This document shows, one piece after another, positions 1 through 12,438 of a DNA stretch of 64,000 bases. Source of the DNA: Octopus sinensis (taxonomy: Eukaryota); assembly GCF_006345805.1 (NCBI RefSeq), contig NC_043013.1, positions 682,001 to 746,000 on the forward strand, written 5' to 3'. The notes beneath the pieces were generated by a model. It searched no databases, was not told the DNA's origin, and worked only from the letters and a program-made list of their open reading frames with translations. The position numbers and the translations under genes are program-made. Each line of letters begins with the position of its first letter. Positions within the stretch are counted from its first letter, which is position 1.

Positions 1-272
1 ATAGATAGATAGATAGAGAGACAGACAGATTTCATTTCAATTTGATGTGGTCAACCCATTGAAGTTTCATCACAAAGCATTTTATTCTTTTTTTCTCTTC
101 CTCCTCTTCCCCTCCTCCTTGTACCAACATAGTTGTAAAAAAAAAAGATATTTTCTCACAAGGACAAGGTAACCAAGATATCAATTTTACAAAGTAGGAG
201 AGAAAGATGAAAAAAAAAATTTTTGTACATTATTGACATTATTTACATTTGACGGATATTTGTCCTCATCAT

Positions 273-545
273 GCATATGGCACAGTGGTTAAGAGTGCTG
301 GCTACTAACCCCAAGATTCCGAGTTCGATTCCAGGCAGTGACCTGAATAATAATAATAATAATAATAACGATATCGAAAAATAGCTTAGGAATGAGAACC
401 CAGGTTCGAAATTTCCCCAAGACACCTGATGAAGGCTGGAGGGTATATCAGCCGAATCGTTGTGCTAACAACAAACAAGATGTGGACAAATATCTGTCAA
501 ATGTAAATAATGTACATAATTCCTCATCTCTTAGATATAGAATTG
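273..545 (+). mobile_element. SINE family D (tRNA head + hammerhead-bearing Penelope-like 3' part), with an inverted 3' arm at 225-270
   Basis: A box TGGCACAGTGG, B box GTTCGATTCC, (AAT)n linker, then CTGATGA-stem-GAA motif at 421-466. Homologous copies lie at 26057, 34420 and 56601. Confidence 0.85.
421..466 (+). ncRNA. Minimal type I hammerhead ribozyme motif (this copy has GAAA to GAAT); the family consensus is intact
   Basis: Consensus of 4 copies: GACAC-CTGATGA-A-GGCTG(GAGGGTATAT)CAGCC-GAA-ACGT-T-GTGTT. Stem I GACAC/GTGTT, stem II GGCTG/CAGCC, palindromic stem III ACGT. Confidence 0.65.
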
Positions 546-1557
546 TATAATTTTTTTTGATTCTTAAGTCCTCATCACAATAAAGTTTGAAAATAAAAAG
601 AGTTCAAAATTCCATAAAAGCCCAAAAAATGTTCACCTTTCCTAAACCAAGCTTCTGTTTATATCAATCAGACTGGTGCCCTCCTCATCTTCATTGTTGC
701 TTTCACTATGTTTCAGCTGTTGTTCTTTCCAGCCTCCTTCAGGTGTTCAATGTTGAACTCAATTGTTTTATTGGAATTTCGAACCCAACCCTTTGTTTGA
801 TCCATGGGGGTGGGAAAGAGGGGTCTCTGTTCTCATTCTACAACTGCCCCCTGAGCAACCAATGCCTTGTGAGTAGATTTGAGAGATGGAAACTGTATGG
901 AAGTCCATTCTATATGTGTGTGGTTGTGTGTTTGTTTCTGAGTATCTGTTTGTGTTCTCCTTTACAGAACCACCCCTCTTGTTCACTCTCACTCTCTCTG
1001 GCTGGGGAACCATAGATCTCCTCCACAGCAAGGCACCTGTTTCTGTCTCTAACCTTTAATCATCCGAAGCAAGATCCCCTCCTCCAATGCCCCATCCCAT
1101 CTCAAAGACACTTGGTGACCCCACCAGTGCAGGTGCCACTTAAAAAAACACCCAGTCCACACTGTAAAGTGGTTGGCATTTGGAAGGGTATCCAGCTGTA
1201 AAAACCATGCCAAAACACACTCAGAAACATAGCACAGGCTCCTGCCTGGCCACCTCCTGTCAAACCATCCAACCCATGCCAGCATGGAAGGAGAACATTA
1301 AACGATAATGATGATACACACACACAGAGCTTCAGGCAATTTCATCATGTTGAACCGTTAATCCCCACACATTTTTCTCTCTCAATCCCTTCTGTTGAAG
1401 AGCATAGGCTCAAAATGTCAAAAACTTTTCCATTCTTCCCAAGTGCTAAACTAATACACCTGCTTGTTGTTCTTTCACCTGCTTTCATCTTTTGTTTTCT
1501 ATAAATTTGAACAGGGTTCGAGGTGTAGGAAGAAGGTTAGCTTCAAGCAATCCGTAG

Positions 1558-1610
<53 letters not shown>

Positions 1611-1828
1611 ACTTTTAGGGACAATAGTGGTTTATTGAAACGGAAGGTTGTAGATGTTTTTCGTATCGAAAATAAACTGAAAAAGTTCTTTTTATATTTC
1701 ACGGTAGGAGGCCAGGGTTGCCGGGTGTGCGAATAAGAATATGAGTGTTAAGGAATGGAGTAGATAAGATCCGGGCTATATGTTTCATAGCGAGTGGAAC
1801 TTCAGGAGTGGTAAATATCATGTATATA

Positions 1829-2047
1829 TTGGGTTGTTGCATAATTATTGTGGCTTTTATTCAACAACAAAAACATCTTTAAATGATTATTCTGGAGCAT
1901 ATTCACTATCTACTTCAATTACTGCTTCCCATTTGCTTGGCAGACGGTCAGACCGTCATTTAAAGATGTTTTTGTTAAATGTTGTTATTGTTTTTGTTGA
2001 ATAAAATTTATTGGAAAAAAAGCCGCAATAATTATGCACCAACCCAA
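1829..2047. mobile_element. Mariner-type MITE
   Basis: TA TSD; TIR ttgggttg(g/t)tgcataattattg(c/t)ggctttt; homologous to 29441-29690. Confidence 0.87.
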
Positions 2048-2116
2048 TAGTTTAGTAATACATTATCCTGTGATACACGTGGGTACAACTGCCCATATTT
2101 ATTCATACACATGAAC

Positions 2117-2151
<35 letters not shown>

Positions 2152-2514
2152 GCTCAGCAGCACTTTATACAGTGTAGGTATATCATCAAAAGTTAGGAAG
2201 GCAAAAGAGGTAAGAGATAACTGTAGTCGGAAAGTTTAAAACATTGAGTTACGTAAAAAAAATAAAATAAAGGTGATGGAGAAAGAGAGAATCAGAAAAA
2301 GGAAGAAACACTCCTCTGTATATTTATGCGTGAGATTTATGTTGAGGGAGAGAGAGAGAGAGAGGGAGAGAGAGAGAGATAAAGATAAATAGATAGATAA
2401 AAAGAGCGAAAGAGAGATTTAATTTTGCTCGAATTCTTAATTAGTTTCCAAACGGATGTTTAGGGTAAGGGTCAAAGCTGAAGAGCCATCGCCACACCTC
2501 GTTGGCTAGTCGTT

Positions 2515-2600
2515 CCGGATTGGACGTTCGCTGTTTATACGGCATTTCCTTCTCCAGTCTGGTGACGTTTATAAAACTTTCACTCTATCAATATTATATC
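2515..2600 (+). promoter_or_regulatory. Putative core promoter of the LFG gene
   Basis: Reverse CCAAT (ATTGG 2519-2523), CRE half-site TGACGT 2563-2568 and TATAAAA 2570-2576. They sit in a locally CpG-retaining patch preceded by a GA repeat and followed by a GTAAGTA donor at 2684. Linkage to LFG is inference. Confidence 0.5.
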
Positions 2601-2683
2601 GCAGATAACACTGACCTCTCTCGATCGATAGTATTAACGTTAGCACTCGGTTAGAGGAAACTACTAGCAAATCAATCTTGCCT
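2600..2683 (+). other. Putative non-coding first exon (5' UTR) of LFG
   Basis: Begins ~25-30 nt after the TATA box, has no ATG, and ends cct|gtaagta. The LFG ATG exon has a strong acceptor 15 nt upstream of the ATG, so it needs an upstream exon. Confidence 0.5.
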
Positions 2684-4901
2684 GTAAGTACTCAACACAT
2701 TTCTAACTCATTTACTCTTTTACATCTTAATTGGTAATTACAGTTTTCTGTTAAATTTTTAATTACAGCCAATTAAGTTATTACACTATTTTTGTTATTT
2801 ATTTATTTTTAACTGATTTCTCTTTATTTGATGCTGCATAAAAGAAAAAAAAAAATTAGGATTTTAACGACCTCGTTTCTGTAATTATAATTTGCAAATT
2901 CACCCATTTATTCTTAAAAATACTAATTACCACCGCCAAAACGTTTTCTTTATTAACCACGAAGGGTTGACATAAACATTGGGACTCTAGTGGATGTCAC
3001 AGTGTCAGACTGTTATGAAGGAGCGTGAAAAAAGTCAAATAAATATAAAGGAACACGCTTAATAATACAGATGTATGTGGCTAAGAGCAAAGATGGTCAT
3101 TCTTTATGATTCTGACATCAAACCCAGCAATTTGGTATCTTTATTTATCGGCCCCGAAAGGATAAAGGGCGAGGCTGACCACAGCAAGTGCTCTAACAAT
3201 TAGTAATCATAATAATATTAATAAGAATGTTTAATAATTAAAAGAATAATTTATAACTTTAATATTATTGTTGTTATTATGGTAAAAAAATGTATCGTTA
3301 TTATTATTATAGTCAATATTGCAGGTTCTGCGTGAGTTTTATTTCTTCTTTCTCTTAGTTTTGACCTCGATAAGAAAGAGAAGTTTTAAAAAGCTCAGAA
3401 AGTATAACAAATTGTAAAGAAAGGATTTATGAAAGAATTAAATAAATGCATCCTTTTCTCTTAACTAAAAAGAAGCCGACCGTTTTGTGGAAGCACCCAT
3501 CAGTCGTGGACGAAATCTTTCACTCAAATCTGACATTATTAGTAATTCTAGATGACTTCTGGTGAGAAATTTTCTTTTCCCACCATCCTTGATATTATTA
3601 ATGTGGTCTTATACCGCAGTAGTAATAATAATAGAAACAGTTATTACTGTAGTTTACCAAAGTGAAGTGAATGTGAATATATGGATGTTTGTTGGTGAGT
3701 GATCCTATTTGTTGGAAAGAACGAATTTGTCATAAGACGATGTCGTTCAACCCTGGTGGGTGTGTTCGTTTATTTGTCTTCCAGTCCATAATGTTTATTG
3801 TTTTTATTGATCGTAATAACATCCATCGTTTCCATTTGCTTTGCAATTGAATGAATGCGTAAATGTTTAAACCTATGTAAAAGGTACAGAGCTTTCAGTA
3901 AGGATCACGGGTCTGATATATACCCGGGGTGTACTCGTCAAAGATCTATCTATTCAACAGATATTTGAATTAATTTTTAACATCTTCCAAATACAACATG
4001 ATTTTTCATAAACCACCTCGTTTCGTTCACACTTAATAATTTTGCATTGTTGACATGGAGTTTGTATATTTTATTCATAATTCACTAAACGAAACCCTGT
4101 CAGCTACATTTTAAAGATTATCCGTTTATACTCGTCTGTTGAAGCTATTTTAACTCACGTTTTCACTACTTGTCATCATTGCCCAACGGAGGAGCATGAG
4201 TCGCTCCAACTGCTAAAAATAACAGCTAAATCTCCTAATTATGACTTGCTATCTTAGTCGTGAAACCCCCCCCCCCAAAATATGCTGGTTAATGCGATAC
4301 CAAGGTCTCTGCACATAAAGAAAAGAGGTGATGGTCTCGGTTTGAAGGCCTCCGATTATAAATCTATTCAATCAGATTTGATCTGAGACTAAAACCTTCT
4401 TCACCTTACCTATTATACGAGCCAAATGCAGGGTCCTTTGGTGGTTTCTGGGCGGGTTACAAAAAATATTTGTCAAATTGCTCTTTACCCATCATCTTAT
4501 TAGGGAAGGATACATTCGCAGTTTTAACTATGATAATAATACAGTTTGTGTAAACGACATTACGTGCACGTGTGTGAGAAAGAAGAAAAAAACTTATCGG
4601 GAATTTTGTGTGTCTTATGTTGTAATTTCTTTTTTGTCGACTGAGAATGTTAAAAAAACAACAACAAAAAACATTGATATAAATCTTTTTCCATAGATAC
4701 AATGTATTTGAGTAGTTACGGGATATTTATTGTATTTTTTTTTACGAATCACAATCTGTTAACACTTTTATAGGAAGAAAAGAAAGAAAACCATTAAAAC
4801 TATAAAAGATTACACAATCGAAATCCCCACCCACAAAAAAAAACTACCTCAACAAGGAAAAAGGAAAAATCGGAATTGTATACGAAGTATATGTGAATAT
4901 C

Positions 4902-5295
4902 TACTCTTTTACTTGTTTCAGTCATTTGACGGCGGCCATGCTGGAGCACCGCCTTTAGTCGAGCAAATCGACCCCAGGACTTATTCTTTGTAAGCCTATC
5001 GCTAAGTTACGGGGACGTAAACACACCAGCATCGGTTGTCAAACGATGTGTGTGTGTGTGTGGGGGGGGACGAACGTACACATACACAAACACACGTATA
5101 TACATATACATATATACGAGAGGCTTCTTTCAGTTTCCGTCTATCAAATCCACTCACAAGGCTTTGGTCGGCCCGAGGCTATAGTAGAAGACACTTGCCC
5201 AAGGTGCCATGCAGTGGGACTGAACACGGAGCGATGTGGTTGGTAAGCAAGCTACTTACCACACAGCCACTCCTGCGCCAATACACTCCTGCGCC
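4902..5295 (-). mobile_element. SINE family A copy with duplicated 5' end (cactcctgcgcc twice)
   Basis: Reverse complement of the 23287-23694 element. Confidence 0.88.
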
Positions 5296-5403
5296 TGTGT
5301 ATAGATATTCAAATTAACAACTTGTGAGTGAAGATATATTTTTCAGAGAAATCAGCTATGAAGTACTTCCTACATATAAAGTTGACAAAGAGACTGGCCG
5401 AAC

Positions 5404-5680
5404 CAGTAGCGGACCGGGTCTCAAAATATTGGTTGCCAGGAGACTAAGGGGTGCGGGCATCCGCAACTACCATGCTATCATTTAATGTTTTTCTTTTTTG
5501 TTAAAAGTCTTCTTTTCAACTGTCTACAAACACAGCCAGGCTGAAATAATTAATGCATTTTCCCAGGAGTGAATAAAAAATTCTCAAACTTGAGGAGATG
5601 GGGCCCCTATATATGGATTCTAATGGTGCAGGGGTCCACTTGCCATTGGGCAAGCTATCAACCTGGTCAGTCCGCCACTG
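5404..5680. mobile_element. Possible hAT-type MITE
   Basis: 11-bp TIR cagt(a/g)gcggac; no TSD found. Confidence 0.4.
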
Positions 5681-7770
5681 AGGAGGACCATTTTACAGAG
5701 AAAACTGCAAAAATGCAGAAATAATCAAACCCATATCAATTACAATGGTCACCGCACAAGCGAGTTAAGATTTGATTGAAGTAAACAGATTATTATTAGA
5801 AACAATGAGTCACTGAAGACTGGGTTTTTGGATTCTCTTGTGTCACAGCACTGAGAATGACATTTAATTTTCTACCAATCCTTTTTAACTATTTTTTTTT
5901 GCCTTGTTTCAATCACTGGACTGCGGCCATGCTGGGGGATCATCTTGAAGGGTTGGATTACTTGTGACATTAGTAAAAGTCTGCAGATTGAGTTAGACCC
6001 TTCAAGTGGTTATCAAACTCAGATCAACTCTGATTCATCAGAGGTATTCTAGCTGTGAACATTTTGTCTTTTTTGTTTCTTCAAACTGGGCAAGTGTCTT
6101 CTACTATAGCCTCAGGCCAACCAAAGCCTTGTAAGTGGATTTGGTAGATGGAAACTGAAAGAAGCCTCTTGTATATTTGTGTGTGTGTGTGTGTGTGTGT
6201 GTTTTTTCCTCCAACATCGTTTGACAACTGATGTTGGTGCGTTTACGTCCCGTGACATAGCGGTTCGGCAAAAGACACCAATAGAATAAGTACTAGGCTT
6301 ACACAGGATAAGTCCAGGGGCCGATTTGCTCAACTAAAGGCGGTGCTCCAGCATGGCCACAGTCAAACAACTGAAACAAGTAAAAGAATTGAATAGTTTA
6401 TCCAATATATCCTTTTTTGTAAGACAGTGCACCTGTTTAAAGGAGTGGGTGGCTGCTGTTACTACCAGATACCGTGACCTTACTGAGGACTCCTCGTTAG
6501 GCTTGTATCATGGTAACCATTAATTGTGACAAAGAATGCCATTTCTGTACCAATTCATTTATATATCATCATCATCATCATTTAATGTCTATTTTTCTAT
6601 GCTGGCATGGGTCGGATGGTTTAGCAGGAGCTGGCAAACTGGAGACTTGCACCAGGCTCCAATTGTCTGTTTTGACATGGTTTCTATGGATGGATACCCT
6701 TCCAAATGCCAACCACTTTACTGAGTTTATTTGGTGCTTTTTATGTCGTCCCAGCAACCACAAGCTCACATGATAAGGACTTCTTAGTTGATAGGAGAAG
6801 TGGGAGGCATAGTTGGGAATGCCTTTCCTGTATGTAGGGATGGCCATGGTATTACATGTCTGTTTGTCTATGTATGTATGTGTCTGTCAGTCTACTTCTA
6901 CAACTGTGATGCTGCATGGCTGGCAATGAAGCAAAGGGTCTGCGTTTTTCTAAACGGAAGTGAACTGATAATGTAATGATGTAGTGCCAGTCGCAAAAGT
7001 CGTGTCTGACACAAGAAGTTCTATTGAAATGTCTAACCTTGTTGTGTCTTTTCATGAATGGTTAGATTAAAAAAAAAAATCTTAATATCTAGAATGTGTA
7101 ATGACACTTTCCCAGAAAAAATGGTTTACTTTTTAAATAGATATTTTCTTTTAATAAACCAAGGCTGATTCATCTTATCTAGCAGACCAAATGTTATTTC
7201 ACAGTGACAAAGAAGTTACGGTGGTGTTTGTGGCCAAGTGGGAGCAAATAGTTTGTCTTGGTGTTTGGCTTGAAATGGTCACATATTTTAAGATCCACTA
7301 GAATTGCTGTATGAAAGTTCGTGGCCAAGTGGTTAGGTGTGTTGTACTCACAATCATAAGTTTGTGGTTTTGATTCCCAGACCAGCTGCATTTTTAGTTC
7401 TTGAGCAAAACATTACTTTCATGTTGCTCCAGTCCACACAGCTGTAAATGGATAATTGAAATTTACAGAAAAACAAAAGATGAAGACAGGTGTATAAACA
7501 ACAAACAGGTGTATTAGTTTAATGCTCAGGAAGGTGAAAAAGTTTTTTAGGTTTCGAGCCTTCGCTCTTCAATAGAAAGGAACATGAGGAAATAAACTGA
7601 GAGAGAATTAAAAAAAAACTTTTGGAGCTAGCGGTCAATCTTGGCGGTTGTAAATGGATAACCTTGCGATGGACTAATCTTCTGATCTGGGGGACTGTTG
7701 GCCCGCCCACCTCACCACTGGGGTTGCATTATTCAAAAGCTAAAACAATGCCAAATGGTATTGTGACTAT

Positions 7771-7902
7771 CAGGGCCAGCTGAAGGTACTGGCAGCTTGG
7801 GCAGTCAACCAGAGCGTCAAAGAGGGCATGACAAAGACAAGAAAATTTCCACAACCAAAGTTCAGCTTGCCCGGGGTGCCAGCAAACCTAGGGCCAGTCC
7901 TG
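7771..7902. mobile_element. Possible degenerate hAT-type MITE
   Basis: CAGGGCC../..GGCCAGTCCTG ends; flanks gtgactat / gtgactag overlap the terminal G. Confidence 0.3.
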
Positions 7903-9229
7903 TGACTAGTGATGTATAACATCTGATAGTCTGGCTGATCACATGATAATTGCTATAAACAGCAGTACAACCTTTGATGGTTATCACTGTAGTTCATTTT
8001 AAATGTTTTCTGGCTTTTGGTTGGCTTTTATATCACTCGTAGCACAGCCACGATGTATCACTGGAGAACAAAGTCAATGTTTACGAGGGAGGTGGTTGCA
8101 TGCTTAATGCTTGCTGTATGAAGAACCAAAGTCCAGTGTATCATGCAGGAGATAAATCGGTCCTTGTTGACTTTGATTTGCATCATTTGTTTATCGTTTT
8201 TGTCCTTTGTCAGCATGAGGAGTTTGAAAAACACGGCAGCATTGCCACTCAGTGCAAATTTGGTGGGTTTAGATGGGTTGATTATGGATATTCCATGATT
8301 GATGGCTCCCCCCTGCCTTAAGAAACAAATTGAAAGCAAGTCTGAGGCACACATAAATGAACCTCTAGGGGTTTTAGTAAGGGATTATTATGTTATCCAT
8401 GTATAAGAAACTCCCCAATTTTTTTAACCTAATTTTTGACAAAAATGGGTTCCTTATACACATTAAAATATGGTAATTGATACAGGTTCAAAGTTATTGT
8501 CATCAAAGAAAAAAAAGGAATCTGCAATGTGTCATTTGAGGCAAAACTTTGTCAAATGATTCCATAAAACCAACAAAGTTTCAATAACTTTTTCAGAATA
8601 TTCATCGTCAACATGGACAAAATCTTTTTTGAGAATTTTCTCAAAATATATTCTTTTGTTTCAGTCATTTTGACTGCGGCCATGCTGGAACATCACCTTT
8701 AGTTGAATAAATCAACCCCAGGACTTATTCTTTGTAAGCCTAGTAATTATTCTATCAATCTCTTTTGTCAAACTGCTATTTTACGGGGATGTAAACACAC
8801 CAACGTCAGTTGTCAAGTGATGGTGAGGGGACAAACAAAGACACAAATACATACATACTTACATACATACACATATATATGTATATATATACACACACAC
8901 ACACACATATATATATATACATGATGGGCTTCTTTTAGTTTCCATCTACCAAATCCACTCACAAGGCTTTGGTCAGCCTAAGGCTTCAGTAGAAGACACT
9001 GGCCTAAGGTGAACCAGGAACCATGTGGTTGGGAAACAATCTTCTTACAACACAGCCACTCCTGTGCCTATATATATATATATATATATGAACCCCCATT
9101 CTGAGAAATGAATCAAAAGGCGATTGAAGCTTCTTATGTTGTAATTCTGGAGAAAGCAAAGCAGAAAAACTCGCAGACAATTGAAGAAGTTTTGATCAGA
9201 CTTTGTACTCTCAGTATAATGGAAGTTGT

Positions 9230-10570
9230 GTTGAGGAATGGAGTTTCCTAATCAAATAGTATTGTTGAAAGATGAATTAGTTGACCATTGATATCAAAGA
9301 TCAAGTTGTGCTGGAGGCTAATGTTGTAGCACTTGGCTTCTTTTCAGTTCAACTTGAACCAAATGATGTTGTGTTATGTCCCCAGTTGTTGGTGCTTGTG
9401 AGATATGTTCTTATCTCAATTTCATTTAAAGAGGAGATGTTCTTTTGTCATCCTCTCAGAACAACTATCAAGGCGTTGGACATTTTCGAAAACAGTTTCA
9501 TCTTTGGCAGTATCCCAGTATGGTCCCAGCCCTTGAGCTGAAACTAGTAAAATAATTTCATGCAATCAAAAGTCATTTTGTTGGGATAATGTCTGTGGAT
9601 GGAGTACTATCCGAATTTCAAGTTTGTGTGGAAAAATCTCCTCCATAAATTAAAGACATTGTATGGCCCTTCATCAGGCACTGACATCAAAAACACTTTC
9701 AGCAATTCCAGTTGTGGATTTTGTCAAAAGAAGAGCTCTCAACTTTTCAAGTCCTTAAAGCATTAGGTCATCATTTGCTTGTTTTCTTTGCAAATGTTTG
9801 ATGGTTCTCAAGAGGAAATCTTGGTATTCCAGATGTTGTTATATATCACTGGTCACAATGGACTTTGTTTTGTTTTAGCTTTCTAATGATGCCACCCCAA
9901 CTGGCTAATAAAGTAAGCCAACATTCCCCACTGATTGGAAAGCTTTTTTATCATGGGGGGTCCCATTTACAGCTGAGTGGACTGGAGCAACATGAAATGA
10001 AGTGTTTTGCTCAAGAACACAATGTGCTGTCCAGCCTGGGAATCGATCTCATGATTAAGTGATCAAGAGTACAATATCATAACCATTAGGCCACATGCCT
10101 TCACTTTGAGAAGAAGTATTTCAGGAAAAGTATTTGAACTTACTGATGAAGCTCAGGTGAAAATTCCTGGTATCTGAATGGATCTTCAGATACCAGGAAA
10201 GAATGCAAACATCGTAAAACTCCTTGAAGGCTTTCATGAGCAAGCTGAGATATTGGACAAGAAAGTATTAAAGATGTTGCATTATTTGAGAAACTCCCCA
10301 ATTCTTGTTAGTGAAAACAAGTACTTCGAGAATTTGTCACAAATGAAATTTCCCAGGATGGTTGATTTGGAAAATGCATTCAACCAATACACTGTCCTGA
10401 ACTTAGTGATGCAGTTTGGATTAAGTGTGAAATCCATTTAAAGTTTTATTTGGGAAAGTTCCTGATGATATTGAGATGAATTTTTGAAGATAATGTAGGA
10501 TTTAGGAACAAGAAATATATCTGAGAAATCCAGTCACGGAATTTTGGTTTTTGATGCCTCATCCGTACCC
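9230..10570 (+). pseudogene. Decayed hAT (Buster/Charlie-type) transposase relic interrupted by a SINE at ~9868-10102
   Basis: FSVQLE..DV..CPQLLVLVRYV...KEEMFFCHPL.TT, HCM..HQAL.SKTL, WFSRGN, LKAFMSKLRYW, NPF...EFW...YP in several frames with stops. Confidence 0.8.
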
Positions 10571-11929
10571 AGCAGTGACAGAAAGGGCTGCATATGTATT
10601 TCCTCTACGTTCACATATTGATGTGAATGAGGTTTTTCAGCCCCATTGCATTAGGAAGGGCATCCAGCCATAGAAACCATGCCAAAACACATATGGAACC
10701 TGAAAAGCCTTTCAGCTGGTCTGCTCTTATCAAACCGCCCAACCCATGCCAGCATGGAAAACAGACATTAAATGATGTTGATTGCAAATGAAATAGATTA
10801 TTATATGTATATTATCATCATTTCAATGTTCACTTTTCCATGCTTGCATGGGCCAACTGGGAAATCGTTGAGGTAGATTTTCTATTACCAAATGCCTTTG
10901 CTGTCACCAACTTCCACTTGTCTCCAAACAAGGTAATATTGCTTCATGACCGGACATATTTTCCTGGAGGATTGTCAACGAATGATGGGTTACTTGTATG
11001 ATGATGATACTTGTTTACAACAAATTACATGATGTCAAAACAAAGAAAGATAGCTACTCTGTCTCTCATACAAACACACGCACACACACCATGAGGCTTC
11101 TACACAATTTCCGTCTACCAAGTTTTGAGGCTATAGTCATAGACACTTGGCCAAGGTGCCATGCAGTGGGACTGAACCCAAAACTATGTGGTTAGGAAGC
11201 AAACTTCTCAACCACACAGTCGTGTTTGCAATTAGGATTGGCAGTTAAAAACAATCTGCATTGTACTCTTTGCAGCTCTCCTCTGCATATCCAAGAATTG
11301 GTGAAGAAAATCTCCAACTTTAGTTTCCTCATAATGTATGTGTGTGTGTGTATCCCACTGCTGCTTGACAATCGTTGTTGGTGTGTTTATGTCCCTGTAA
11401 CTTAGTGGTTTGGCAAAAGGGCCCCGATAGAATAAGTACCAGGCTTTAAAAAAATAAGAAACACTGGTTGATTCATTCAACTAAAAATTCTTCAAGTCAG
11501 TACTCCAGCATGGCCACAGTCTAATGACCGAAGCAAAGATAATAGAAGATAAAAGAATCTATTGAGCATTTCTTTCATTGAAGTATGATGTATGCTTCAG
11601 TAACCGGACCCTGTTAAGTTATCGGGTATGAACCATCCTCCACCTCTCGCCCCCTAATTTTTTGCTGTGGTTGGCTTCTCTGCAGATTTTATCTTGTTTG
11701 CAAATTGTCTGCATCCATGCAAGCAACTGTTGCTCAAATTTTTTCAGTTAAAAAAAAAAAAAAATTCATCTTAAAAACCTTGCCTGTACCTCCACCTCCG
11801 TCCCACACGAGCTTAGAGGTTAACACTGGTTAAAACAGCCTTTTATTCAGGTTTAAAAAATCTGTCAATATCATCTTGTACTTCTAAATGTGTAAAACTC
11901 CATTATATAAATAATTCAAACAAATGCAC

Positions 11930-11966
<37 letters not shown>

Positions 11967-12438
11967 TGGTACAAAAGATGGGCTACAGCAAATATTCTGC
12001 TCAATACCACAGATTTGCTTGTCAGTTGTTTGACCGTAACCAGTTGAGCATGTCCCTTAGTGGCTGACGATATGTGCATCTCTGATCACGAGCAGAAGTA
12101 GTGGGGGAGCATCATAGCCATGTGTTGAGAGGGATTCTTTGGGGTTTGAATAGTTCACCTCTGGAAACATGGGTGGTTCTTTCAACATCCTTAAACAACC
12201 CTTATTCAGGGACCGTTTGAGCGGGATGAGCTACTCAACCTGAAGAAAATTCTAACTGGGCGCCTCCTGCAAGGTCATGTGCTGTTTTATCTTGATATGA
12301 GATCCCCATGTCGCGCACATATGGTTGTGATGCATGTGCCTGGTGTACCTTTATCAGACGGGTAGTCATGATGGGTATATTGGGCTTCGTATATTTTACC
12401 CCAGTGTCACTTCGATGACATGCTCTGCTCGCTCACTC
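11967..12438. mobile_element. Unclassified ~470-bp insertion flanked on both sides by (AAT)n
   Basis: Sharp boundaries against microsatellite; GC- and CpG-richer than its flanks; no ORF, TIR or tRNA box recognised. Confidence 0.55.

Noticed and set aside
273-345. tRNA-like sequence as a true tRNA gene (also the heads of SINE families A, C, E)
   Set aside because: The acceptor stem is not formed, and each is fused to a repeated SINE body.
587-1015. 142-aa ORF and overlapping 87-aa reverse ORF
   Set aside because: Non-ATG start, low complexity, no domain or splice support.
3325-3331. Possible 7-nt 5' UTR microexon (gcag|gttctgc|gtgagt)
   Set aside because: No polypyrimidine tract; expected by chance.
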